A DNA stretch of 64,000 nt, from positions 25,493-89,492 of the forward strand of contig JAVEVO010000003.1 in NCBI GenBank assembly GCA_034005005.1. The letters run 5' to 3'. A program made the translations under genes and the position numbers. The first letter of the stretch is position 1; the number at the start of each line of letters is the position of its first letter. The notes below the pieces were generated by a model. It was not told where the DNA came from. It searched no databases and was given only the letters and a program-made list of their open reading frames with translations. Shown here in pieces: positions 1 through 8,019 of this stretch. Source of the DNA: Myxococcota bacterium (lineage in GTDB: Bacteria > Myxococcota_A > JAVEVO01).

Positions 1-3000
1 CGTCTCTTCCGTCAGGCCCGTCGCTGGCCCGAGCTGGTCGCGGTGCTGCAGCTACGCGTCGAGGCCGAAGAGGACGCGGACCTGCTCGCGGTCCACTACA
101 ACACCATGGGCGAGATCCTCGAGGAGCAGCTACGGAGCACCGACAAGGCGGTCGAGGCCTATCGCCAGGTGCTCAAGCAGCGGGAGGACGACGAGACCGC
201 CCTGGGGGCCCTGGAGCGCATCTTCACCCGGGAGGGGCGGTGGCGCGAGCTCATCGACATCCTCTCCCGGCGAGCCACGGCGACCCTCGAGGCCGATCGG
301 GTGATCGCCTTCAAGACCCGGATCGGCGAGATCTGGGAGAACCAGCTCCAGGTCGCGGACCGCGCCATCGAGGCCTACCGCGAGATCCTCCGCCTCGACC
401 CGTTCAACGTCGACTCCTGCCGGGCCCTCGAGCGGCTGTACACGGCCCAGGACAAGTGGCGGGACCTGGTGGAGGTCTACGGGATCTGGCTCGCGGCCAC
501 GGACGACCCGCGCCAGCAGGCCGACCTGCTCACCAAGACCGCGGCGATCCACGAGGAGGAGTTCCACGACGCGCCGGCGGCGATCGAGGCCTTCGAGCAG
601 ATCCTGCAGGTCCAGCCCGACAGCGAGACCGCGATCCGCTCCCTGGAGCGGCTGTACCGGGACCAGAAGCGCTGGCCCGAGCTGATCGAGGTCTACCGGC
701 GACACCTCGACGTGGCCGGTGGCGACCGGGAGGTCAGCGTCTTCCTGCTCCTCGCCACGGGGGCGATCTTCGCGGACATGCTGGGCGACCGGGATCAGGC
801 CATCGACGCCTACCGGCGGATCCTCGACTTCGACCCGGCCCACCAGGAGGCCTTGCAGCGGCTCGCCGGGCTCTTCGAGCAGGCCGAGGAGTGGGACGCC
901 ACCGTCGGCATGCTGCAGCAACTGCGGGCGGTGATCGAGGACAAGACCCAGCGGGTCGCGCTCGGCTACCGCATCGGTCAGCTCCAGCTCCAGCAGATCC
1001 AGGACGCGGCCAAGGCCGAGGACTGGTTCTACCAGGTGCTCGAGGAGGACCCCCTCCATCTGCCGTCCATCGAGGCCTTGCGTGACATGGCCTACGGTCG
1101 GGAAGACTGGCGGGGCGCGGTCCTGCTCCTCAAGCGGCAGGAGGAGGCCACCCGTGACCTGACCGAGAAGGCGAAGACCCTGCTGGCCATCGGCAACATC
1201 TACCAGCAGCGCGAGAACGATCCCCTCGCGGCCAGCACCTACTTCGAGCGCTGCGTCGAGCTCGACCCCGAGAACGTCGAGGCGGCCTCGCCCCTGGTCG
1301 AGATGTACCTGCAGGAGCGCCGCTGGGAGCGGGCCGAGCCCTTGCTGGAGCTGCTCGTCCGCCGGCTGGGCAAGTCGCGCCACACCGACGGCATCCACCT
1401 GATCCACTACCAGGCGGGCCTCGTCTCGGAGAACCTCTTCAAGGACGAGAAGGCGCTGCGTCACTACCGCAACGCCTACGAGCTGGACGCGACCCATCTG
1501 CCCACCCTCGAGGGCCTGGGCCGGCTGCTCTACAAGCGGGAGGACTGGGACCGGGCCTTCAAGATCTACCAGACGATCCTGGTGCACCACCGGGAGCGGC
1601 AGACCGTGGCCCAGCAGGTCGAGATCTTCTACCGCCTGGGCGTGATCAAGCTGAAGGTGGGGGAGCGGGCGCGGGGCCGCCAGCTCTTCGAGAAGGCGCT
1701 GGAGCTCGATGCCCACCACCGGCCGAGCCTCGAGGCCTTGATCGACCTGCACGAGAAGCAGGGCGACTGGGAGCGGGTGATCGAGTGCAAGCGGGCCACC
1801 CTCGCGACCCTCGAGGGCGAGGACCTGAAGCGCTTCGACTTGCTCGTCGACATCGCCAACACCTGGCGCGAGAAGCTGCGCAACATCCCCAAGTCCATCG
1901 AGGCCTACAACGAGGCCCTGCGCATCGACCCGCAATCCCGTCAGGTGATGCACCACCTACTAAACCTCTACACGCAGGAGAAGCAGTGGCCGTACGCGGT
2001 GGAGATCCTGCTGCGCACGATCCAGCTCGAGGATCGTCCAGACAAGATCGCCCGCTACTGCTACACGGCCGGCGTCATCTACCGGGACGAGCTCAAGGAC
2101 GACGAGCACGCGGTGGAGCTCTTCAACCAGGCCCTCGATGCGGATCCGGGCCTGCTGCGGGCCTTCGAGGCCATCGATCGGATCCAGACCCGCAACAAGG
2201 CCTGGCCGCAGCTCGAGCGCAACTACCGCAAGATGATCAAGCGCGTCGGGGACACCGGCGTCGGCGGCGACGACCTCCAGGTGCTGCTCTGGCGCAACCT
2301 CGGCGAGATCTACCGCACCCGGATGGGCAAGCTCGACGAGGCCGCCACCGCCTTCACCATGGCGAGTCGCATCAAGCCCGCGGACATGCAGCTCCACGAG
2401 ATCATCGCCGAGCTCTACGGCCGGATGCCCGAGGCCAAGGAGAAGGCCCTGGCCGAGCACCGGCGGATGCTCGAGCTCGAGAAGTTCCGCTACTCCTCCT
2501 ACAAGGCCCTGCACCGGCTGTTCCTCGAGATCGGCCAGTACGACAAGGCCTGGTGCGTCAGCGCCGCGCTGAGCTTGGCCCGTCAGGCGAGCTCCGAGGA
2601 GGAGGAGTTCTATCAAAAGTACCGAAGTCCGACCATCAAGTATGCGAATCGTCCCATCGATCGGGAGATGTGGACCAACGCCCTCTATCACCCGATGGAG
2701 AACCTGCATCTCGGCGGGATCTTCGCGATCCTCGCCTCGTACAATCCGTTCCCCACGTCTCAGCTCAAGGACTGGGACCTGAAGAAGCGGGATCTGCACG
2801 ACCAGACCAAGCCCTTGCTCTTCAACAAGGTCTTCAAGTCGACGGTGCAGGCCCTGAACATGGCCACCGCGATCCCCAACCTGTACCTCAAGCGTGAGAA
2901 CCACGTCGGCCTGAAGAACGGCTACACGGAGCCCTGGTCGATGATCCTCGGGCCCGACATGCTCCAGGGGCGGCCGGATCGGGAGCTGGCCTTTTTGCTC

Positions 3001-3459
3001 GGCAAGTACCTGACCTACTACCGGCCGGAGCACTACCTGGCGACCGTGCTGCCGGTGACGCACCTCAAGGTGCTCTTCTTCGCGGCCTGGAAGCTGACCC
3101 ACCCCGAGGCCAACGTGCCGGCTCCGGCGGAGCAGGAGTCCTTCAACGAGATCCTGCGGTTGCTGCAGAAGTCGATCCCGCCGCCGATCCTCGTGGACCT
3201 GCACAAGCGGGTCAGCACCGTGATCCGCTTCCACCCGGAGCTGAACCTCTCCGAGTGGGTCGATGGCGTGGACGCCACCTCCAACCGGGTCGGGCTGCTG
3301 CTCTGTGGTGACCTCGAGACGGCCACCCGGCTGATCCAGTCGGAGCAGGGGGCGATCGGCAAGCTCGGAGCCCAGGAGCGGTCGGAGGACCTCTACCTCT
3401 GGTCGATCTCCGAGGACTACTTCGGCCTGCGCAAGGCGTTGGGCCTCACCATCGGGTGA
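1..3459 (+). CDS. TPR repeat protein, 5' partial; C-terminal ~330 aa is a non-TPR domain of unknown function
   Basis: Frame 1 is open from base 1 with no upstream stop, so the gene continues beyond the window. There are repeated TPR-like 34-residue units such as RWPELIEVYRRHL and AIEAYREILRLDP. The distal part (YSSYKALHRLF...EPWSMILGPDM...) is not TPR-like. Confidence 0.8.
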   Translation, partial: RLFRQARRWPELVAVLQLRVEAEEDADLLAVHYNTMGEILEEQLRSTDKAVEAYRQVLKQREDDETALGALERIFTREGRWRELIDILSRRATATLEADRVIAFKTRIGEIWENQLQVADRAIEAYREILRLDPFNVDSCRALERLYTAQDKWRDLVEVYGIWLAATDDPRQQADLLTKTAAIHEEEFHDAPAAIEAFEQILQVQPDSETAIRSLERLYRDQKRWPELIEVYRRHLDVAGGDREVSVFLLLATGAIFADMLGDRDQAIDAYRRILDFDPAHQEALQRLAGLFEQAEEWDATVGMLQQLRAVIEDKTQRVALGYRIGQLQLQQIQDAAKAEDWFYQVLEEDPLHLPSIEALRDMAYGREDWRGAVLLLKRQEEATRDLTEKAKTLLAIGNIYQQRENDPLAASTYFERCVELDPENVEAASPLVEMYLQERRWERAEPLLELLVRRLGKSRHTDGIHLIHYQAGLVSENLFKDEKALRHYRNAYELDATHLPTLEGLGRLLYKREDWDRAFKIYQTILVHHRERQTVAQQVEIFYRLGVIKLKVGERARGRQLFEKALELDAHHRPSLEALIDLHEKQGDWERVIECKRATLATLEGEDLKRFDLLVDIANTWREKLRNIPKSIEAYNEALRIDPQSRQVMHHLLNLYTQEKQWPYAVEILLRTIQLEDRPDKIARYCYTAGVIYRDELKDDEHAVELFNQALDADPGLLRAFEAIDRIQTRNKAWPQLERNYRKMIKRVGDTGVGGDDLQVLLWRNLGEIYRTRMGKLDEAATAFTMASRIKPADMQLHEIIAELYGRMPEAKEKALAEHRRMLELEKFRYSSYKALHRLFLEIGQYDKAWCVSAALSLARQASSEEEEFYQKYRSPTIKYANRPIDREMWTNALYHPMENLHLGGIFAILASYNPFPTSQLKDWDLKKRDLHDQTKPLLFNKVFKSTVQALNMATAIPNLYLKRENHVGLKNGYTEPWSMILGPDMLQGRPDRELAFLLGKYLTYYRPEHYLATVLPVTHLKVLFFAAWKLTHPEANVPAPAEQESFNEILRLLQKSIPPPILVDLHKRVSTVIRFHPELNLSEWVDGVDATSNRVGLLLCGDLETATRLIQSEQGAIGKLGAQERSEDLYLWSISEDYFGLRKALGLTIG

Positions 3460-3481
3460 GCGAGGAGTCCAGGAGCAGGCC

Positions 3482-4558
3482 ATGGGCAGGTCGCCTGAGG
3501 TGCGGGGGGAGCCAGACCCGGAGTCGGAGCCAGACCCGGAGTCGGAGCCAGACCCGGAATCGGAGCCAGACCCGGAATCGGAGCCAGACCCGGAGCTGGA
3601 CCCGGAGTCCGAGGAGGAGTCCGATCTGGCTGGCGACCAGGCCGGCGCGGGCACCTTGTACGTCGTCGCGACGCCCATCGGCAACCTCGAGGACATCACC
3701 CGGCGCGCGGTGCGGATCCTCGGGGAGGTCGACTGGGTCGCGTGCGAGGACACCCGGCGCTCCAGGCAGCTCCTGACCCACCTCGGCCTGCGGCAGCGGC
3801 TGATCTCCCTCTGGCAGGGGAACGAGGCCTCCCGCACGGGCGAGCTGGTGGAGCGCTTGCAGCGGGGGGAGCGTGGCGCCCTCATCAGCGACGGGGGCAC
3901 GCCCTTGGTCTCCGACCCGGGGTTCTTGCTCGTGCGGGCGGCCCGCCAGGCGGGAGTGGCGGTGGTGGCGGTGCCCGGCCCCTGCGCCGCGCTCGCCGCG
4001 CTCGCCAGCGCCGGGTTGCCCGCGGATCCCTTCCTCTTCGTGGGCTTCTTGCCGCGCAGCCCCGGCCGACTCCGCAAGCGCTTGCTCCTCTTCCGGGAGC
4101 TGCCGGCCACCCTGGTGATCTACGAGTCGCCCGAGCGGATCGCCGCGACCCTCCAGGCCACCGCCTCGATCCTCGGCGACCGACCCGCGGCCATCGCCCG
4201 GGAGCTCACGAAGCTCCACGAGGAGGTGCGCACCGGGACCCTCACGGAGCTGGCGGCCCACTACCACGGCCGGCGCGTCCGGGGAGAGGTGGTCCTGCTG
4301 GTCACCGGCGCGCCCGCGGCCGGGTCGGCCGAGGAGGAGGACGCCCGGCCGGCCGCTGCCGCATCCCTGGCCCGGCAGTTGCTCGGGGACGGGCACTCTC
4401 CCCGGGAGGCCACGCGGCGCGTCGCCGCGCAGCTCGGGCTGCCCCGCAAGGCCGCGTACGCCCTGGTCTTGCAGGTGGCGGCCGCGGCGGCGGACGAGCC
4501 GGCGGCGCCCGCGCCGCGCGCTCACGGGCCCGCCGGGCCACGAGAGGAGACCGAGTGA
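3482..4558 (+). CDS. rsmI: 16S rRNA (cytidine1402-2'-O)-methyltransferase RsmI with an unusual acidic repeat N-terminal extension
   Basis: Carries the TLYVVATPIGNLEDIT, VACEDTR, ALISDGGTPLVSDPG and FLFVGFLP motifs typical of RsmI (tetrapyrrole-methylase fold). A Shine-Dalgarno-like sequence lies upstream of the ATG at 3482. Confidence 0.85.
   Translation: MGRSPEVRGEPDPESEPDPESEPDPESEPDPESEPDPELDPESEEESDLAGDQAGAGTLYVVATPIGNLEDITRRAVRILGEVDWVACEDTRRSRQLLTHLGLRQRLISLWQGNEASRTGELVERLQRGERGALISDGGTPLVSDPGFLLVRAARQAGVAVVAVPGPCAALAALASAGLPADPFLFVGFLPRSPGRLRKRLLLFRELPATLVIYESPERIAATLQATASILGDRPAAIARELTKLHEEVRTGTLTELAAHYHGRRVRGEVVLLVTGAPAAGSAEEEDARPAAAASLARQLLGDGHSPREATRRVAAQLGLPRKAAYALVLQVAAAAADEPAAPAPRAHGPAGPREETE
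3508..3615 (+). repeat. 18-bp tandem repeat (gagccagacccggagtcg) x ~5-6, encoding (EPDPES)n at the RsmI N-terminus
   Basis: Directly visible perfect and near-perfect 18-bp tandem units. They lie in frame inside the rsmI ORF. Confidence 0.85.
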
Positions 4559-4893
4559 TGGATCCGCTGACGCTCGCGCACGGCAACATCTACCTCTTCA
4601 AGCTGCTCTTCTGTCTCGCCATGGTGGGCTGCTTCCTCCTCGCCGCGGTCCTCGGCTTCTTGCGCAGCAAGCACCTGCGTGGCCTGTCGCTGGTCGCGAC
4701 GGGGTTGCTCTTCCTCGCGTGCGGCTGGGGGTTCGATGCGGTCGCCTACTCGCCCCTGTACTCGCCCGAGACGCCCTTCGAGGGGAGCATCCCCCACATC
4801 GCGGGGGCCTGGGGCTGCGCGAGCCTCGGTGGCGGGCTCGTCCTGCTCGGGCTCTTCCTGGCCCGGCCACGTCCGGCCGCTTCCCGGCGCTAG
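4558..4893 (+). CDS. small integral membrane protein (3 predicted TM helices), hypothetical
   Basis: Hydrophobic ORF whose ATG overlaps the rsmI stop (TGATG). Its TAG stop falls inside the CTAG terminus of the 184-bp repeat. Confidence 0.55.
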   Translation: MDPLTLAHGNIYLFKLLFCLAMVGCFLLAAVLGFLRSKHLRGLSLVATGLLFLACGWGFDAVAYSPLYSPETPFEGSIPHIAGAWGCASLGGGLVLLGLFLARPRPAASRR

Positions 4894-5073
4894 GAGCGTG
4901 TTGCGCAAAGCGTTCTGCTGCGGCGGCCGATGCATCGGCGCATGGTGCGTCAGCACCGGCCGATCCGTCCTCGACGTACCTCGAGTACGCCTGCGGCGTC
5001 TCGGCTCGGTGCTTCCTTCCCTGCGCCGCGCCTCGACCGCCTCGCGACGGACTTTTCCGCAATACGCTCCTAG
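4890..5073 (+). repeat. 184-bp MITE-like element copy A with ~22-bp terminal inverted repeats (ctaggagcgtgttgcg...cgcaatacgctcctag)
   Basis: Near-identical to the reverse complement of 6288..6471. Each copy begins and ends with CTAG and contains the internal palindrome gccgatgcatcggc. Confidence 0.7.
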
Positions 5074-5208
5074 GCTGGCCCGGTCCCCTCGCCCCGGCGC
5101 CGCGGGGAGCACCGCGGGTTGCCCCGGTCCCTGCCCATGGTATAGTGGCCGGGTTCGGGCCGGGCGTGCTCCGGGGGGAGCGGCTCGGCCACACGGAGGG
5201 CAGCCACG

Positions 5209-5343
5209 ATGGATATGTCGTTCCTCTACTCGCTATTCGACTCCTTCTGGAACTTCTTCCGGGACCTGTTCAAGCCCGCGGGCAAGAAGAAGAAGAAGGA
5301 GACCAAGAAGGGCACCCGCAAGGGAGTCAAGAAGAAGGCTTGA
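5209..5343 (+). CDS. small (44 aa) amphipathic, Lys-rich peptide MDMSFLYSLFDSFWNFFRDLFKPAGKKKKKETKKGTRKGVKKKA
   Basis: GGAGGG lies 8 nt upstream of the ATG. The ORF is below the size cut-off of the six-frame track. An aromatic, hydrophobic N-terminal half is followed by a poly-Lys tail. It lies inside the IR-bounded cassette. Confidence 0.35.
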   Translation: MDMSFLYSLFDSFWNFFRDLFKPAGKKKKKETKKGTRKGVKKKA

Positions 5344-5420
5344 GCCGGCAGCAGGCTGTCCTCTCTCGCCGGGACGCTCTCCCCTCGTGCCCCCGGCAGC
5401 CTCCCGAGTCGCCGTGGTCC

Positions 5421-6209
5421 TTGTCGGTCCGGGCGTGGCTGGCGCTGTTGCTGGGGTTCGTGGTCCCTGCTTGCGGTGTCTCCGAGACGACCCACAACGC
5501 GGCCCTGCGTGACGTGGAGCGCCTGAAGGCGAGCCTCGCGGCGCAGCAGCAGGCCGTGGCCGGTCAGGCGGCCCAGCGCTCGGACAGCCTCGCGGCGCAG
5601 GCCCAGGAGCTCGAGCAGTGCCGCCAGGCGGCCGAGCAGGCTCGGGTCCGGCAGGAGGAGCTGCTCGCGGAGCGGACTCGCCTCGCCGCCCAGCTCGCGC
5701 AGAGCGAGGCGAGCTTCGCCAGCGTGCGGGAGCGCCTCGAAGGACTGGAAGTCACCCAGGACCGGTTCCACCGCAACCTCCAGCTCGAGCTGTTCCGGCT
5801 GCTGGAAGAGGACCGGCTGCAGCTCGAGCGGGTCGCGGGGCGGTCCGTGATCCGGCTGCCGGCCACGGCCTTCGTCCCCAAGAAGGTCGGGCTGAGCGCG
5901 GCCGGAGAGGGGCTGCTCATGGAGCTGGCCCGGGTGCTCGCGCCCCTGCCCGAGGCCCTCGTCCTGGTCGTCGGGCAGGCCCCCGGGCTCTCCCTGGCGA
6001 GCGGTCCCTGGCCCCGCTCCTGGCGTCTCGCCTGCTCCCGGGCCGGACGGGTCGCCCGGCGGCTCGGGACCAACGGGGTGCCGGCCGCGCACCTCGCGAC
6101 CTCGTGCCGGGCGCCGCTCGCCAGCGATCCGACCCCGGCCAAGGCCGGCCGGTCCTCCCCGGGTGAGCCCCGCGTGGAGCTGCACCTCACCTCGCAACCG
6201 GTCCCCTGA
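5421..6209 (+). CDS. lipoprotein with coiled-coil region and degenerate OmpA/MotB-like C-terminal domain
   Basis: Signal peptide with lipobox LLGFVVPAC. A long Gln/Ala-rich heptad region follows (LAAQQQAVAGQAAQ...). The C-terminal segment resembles an OmpA-like peptidoglycan-binding domain. The start is inferred as TTG at 5421, with no ATG or GTG in frame, so it is uncertain. Confidence 0.55.
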   Translation: MSVRAWLALLLGFVVPACGVSETTHNAALRDVERLKASLAAQQQAVAGQAAQRSDSLAAQAQELEQCRQAAEQARVRQEELLAERTRLAAQLAQSEASFASVRERLEGLEVTQDRFHRNLQLELFRLLEEDRLQLERVAGRSVIRLPATAFVPKKVGLSAAGEGLLMELARVLAPLPEALVLVVGQAPGLSLASGPWPRSWRLACSRAGRVARRLGTNGVPAAHLATSCRAPLASDPTPAKAGRSSPGEPRVELHLTSQPVP

Positions 6210-6287
6210 GCGATCACCCAGCACCTCACCGTCCGGGTTCGCTGGCGGCGAGCGGGCCGGGCCCAAACAGGACGAGCACTCCGTCGT

Positions 6288-6471
6288 CTAGGAGCGTGTT
6301 GCGGAAAAGTCCGTCGCGAGGCGGTCGAGGCGCGGCGCAGGGAAGGAAGCACCGAGCCGAGACGCCGCAGGCGTACTCGAGGTACGTCGAGGACGGATCG
6401 GCCGGTGCTGACGCACCATGCGCCGATGCATCGGCCGCCGCAGCAGAACGCTTTTCGCAACACGCTCCTAG
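6288..6471 (-). repeat. 184-bp MITE-like element copy B, inverted relative to copy A
   Basis: About 98% identical to the reverse complement of 4890..5073, with 3 mismatches by eye. Its terminal CTAG supplies the TAG stop of pcnB on the minus strand. Confidence 0.7.
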
Positions 6472-7844
6472 CGGTTCCGGGGGCCGTACCAGCGGCTGCG
6501 GCGGGGGCGCCGGCGGGGCCGAGCCGGGTCGTCTGGCTCCCCGGCGGGAGGGAGGGGGGCCGCGGGAGGAGGGGTGACCGGCTCCCCCTCACGGGGAGCG
6601 GGATGCTCGCCGCGTTGCTGGAGGTCTCGCCGCAACTGGAGGATCCGATCGAGGGGGTCGCCCTCCAGCCGGCGGCCGAGCTCGTGGAGGAAGAGCGCCT
6701 CGCCGAGGCCGGGGCGCCGGAGGAGCGCATCGCGGTGCCCCCCCGAGCGTCGGCGGCGGGCCGCGAGCCGGCGTTCGGTGATGAACACCTGCTTGAGCCG
6801 CTCCGTCTCCCGTCGCGGGAGCCTCATCCGGGTGGCGAACTCACCCACGATCTGGTCCACGGCCGCGCCGAGGTTCGTCGGGTTCTCGCGGGCCAGCCGG
6901 TGCAGGATCGGCAGATAGCCCACGACGGCGAGGAGGAGGGCGTCCTCGGGGACCCCCTGGCGGGCGGTGGTCTCGTCGAGCAGCTCGAGCAAGCGCCAGA
7001 AGCGGCCGGCCGTGGGCGGGACGGGGGCCTCGGGAGGCGGGGCCTCCGTCTCGCCGGTGGCGACGAGGTACTCCTGGACCTCCGGGAGCAGGATCGCGAG
7101 CTGTCCGGAGCGGAGCAGCAAGGTCAAGGTGGTGCGGGCGTGGGGGCCACGCAGCAGGCGGAAGATCTCCTCGAGCAAGCGTGGCGGGGCGGCGCGCCGG
7201 ATCTCCTCGCCATGGTGGAGCATCGCCGCCCAGAGCAGGGGATCGATGGTCAGGTCGAGGCGGCTGGCGAACTTGATCGCCCGGAGGATGCGGACCGGGT
7301 CCTCCTGGATGCGGATCTCGGGGTCACCGATGGCCCGGACGGTGCGGGCCGTGATATCGGGCAGCCCGTGGACGTGATCGAGGATCTCGCGGGTGTGCAG
7401 ATCGTAGAACAGCCCGTTGATCGTGAAGTCCCGACGGCGGGCATCCTCGGCGGGCGTGCCGAAGAGGTTGTCGTCCGTGATCAGCAGGTCCTCGTCCTCG
7501 GCGAGCTCCACCCCGTTGTCCAACCGCTCGGCCCAGGGGGCGCGGCGGAACGTGGCGACCTCGATGACCTTGCCGGCCCGGAAGAAGATGTGCGCCAGGC
7601 GGAAGCGCCGCCCGATGATCTTGGAGTTGCGGAAAATGCGACGAATTTCGCGTGGTTGCGCTGCGGTGGCGACGTCGAAATCCTTGGGGGTGACGCCGAG
7701 CAGCAGGTCCCGGACGCAGCCCCCGACGAGATAGGCCTCGAAGTGGTAGCGGCGGAGCCGTCGGACGACCGTGACCACGTCTTCGTCCAGCAGGCCGGGC
7801 GGGAGGGGATGATAGACACGGTGCGGAGGGCTGTCCCAGTCCAT
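6468..7844 (-). CDS. pcnB: poly(A) polymerase I / tRNA nucleotidyltransferase family protein
   Basis: Carries YLVGGCVRDLLLG, PKDFDVAT, IGRRFRLAHI and IEVATFR motifs, with an Arg-rich C-terminus. The start is assigned to the ATG encoding MDWDSPP (7844). The upstream part of the longer track ORF is Pro/Arg-rich, low-complexity and non-homologous. Confidence 0.85.
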   Translation of the reverse strand: MDWDSPPHRVYHPLPPGLLDEDVVTVVRRLRRYHFEAYLVGGCVRDLLLGVTPKDFDVATAAQPREIRRIFRNSKIIGRRFRLAHIFFRAGKVIEVATFRRAPWAERLDNGVELAEDEDLLITDDNLFGTPAEDARRRDFTINGLFYDLHTREILDHVHGLPDITARTVRAIGDPEIRIQEDPVRILRAIKFASRLDLTIDPLLWAAMLHHGEEIRRAAPPRLLEEIFRLLRGPHARTTLTLLLRSGQLAILLPEVQEYLVATGETEAPPPEAPVPPTAGRFWRLLELLDETTARQGVPEDALLLAVVGYLPILHRLARENPTNLGAAVDQIVGEFATRMRLPRRETERLKQVFITERRLAARRRRSGGHRDALLRRPGLGEALFLHELGRRLEGDPLDRILQLRRDLQQRGEHPAPREGEPVTPPPAAPLPPAGEPDDPARPRRRPRRSRWYGPRNR

Positions 7845-8019
7845 ACTTCCGCCATGCTCAGCAGGCCGACCCGCCGGTGGGGGGGGAGGTGCCCCCGATC
7901 GCGGTCCTGGGCCGAGCCAGGTGGCCGACTTATAGGCAGTCGCCACCCATCGCGCAACGGATTTCGCCACGGGAGGCCGTCGCGGCGGGCAGCGAAATCC
8001 TCGCTCCGCCGGGCCGGAT

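Noticed and set aside
130-4110. Long antisense ORFs 130..1956(-) and 1960..4110(-) opposite the TPR and rsmI genes
   Set aside because: They are Arg/Gly/Pro-rich, low-complexity translations typical of the non-coding strand in >70% GC DNA. The sense strand has clear homology-like motifs (TPR, RsmI).
4719-6209. Track ORF start at 4719 for the OmpA-like lipoprotein (496 aa)
   Set aside because: The first ~700 nt run through the MITE-like repeat and the small peptide gene in another frame, with Arg/Gly-rich nonsense. A lipoprotein signal peptide appears only at ~5421.
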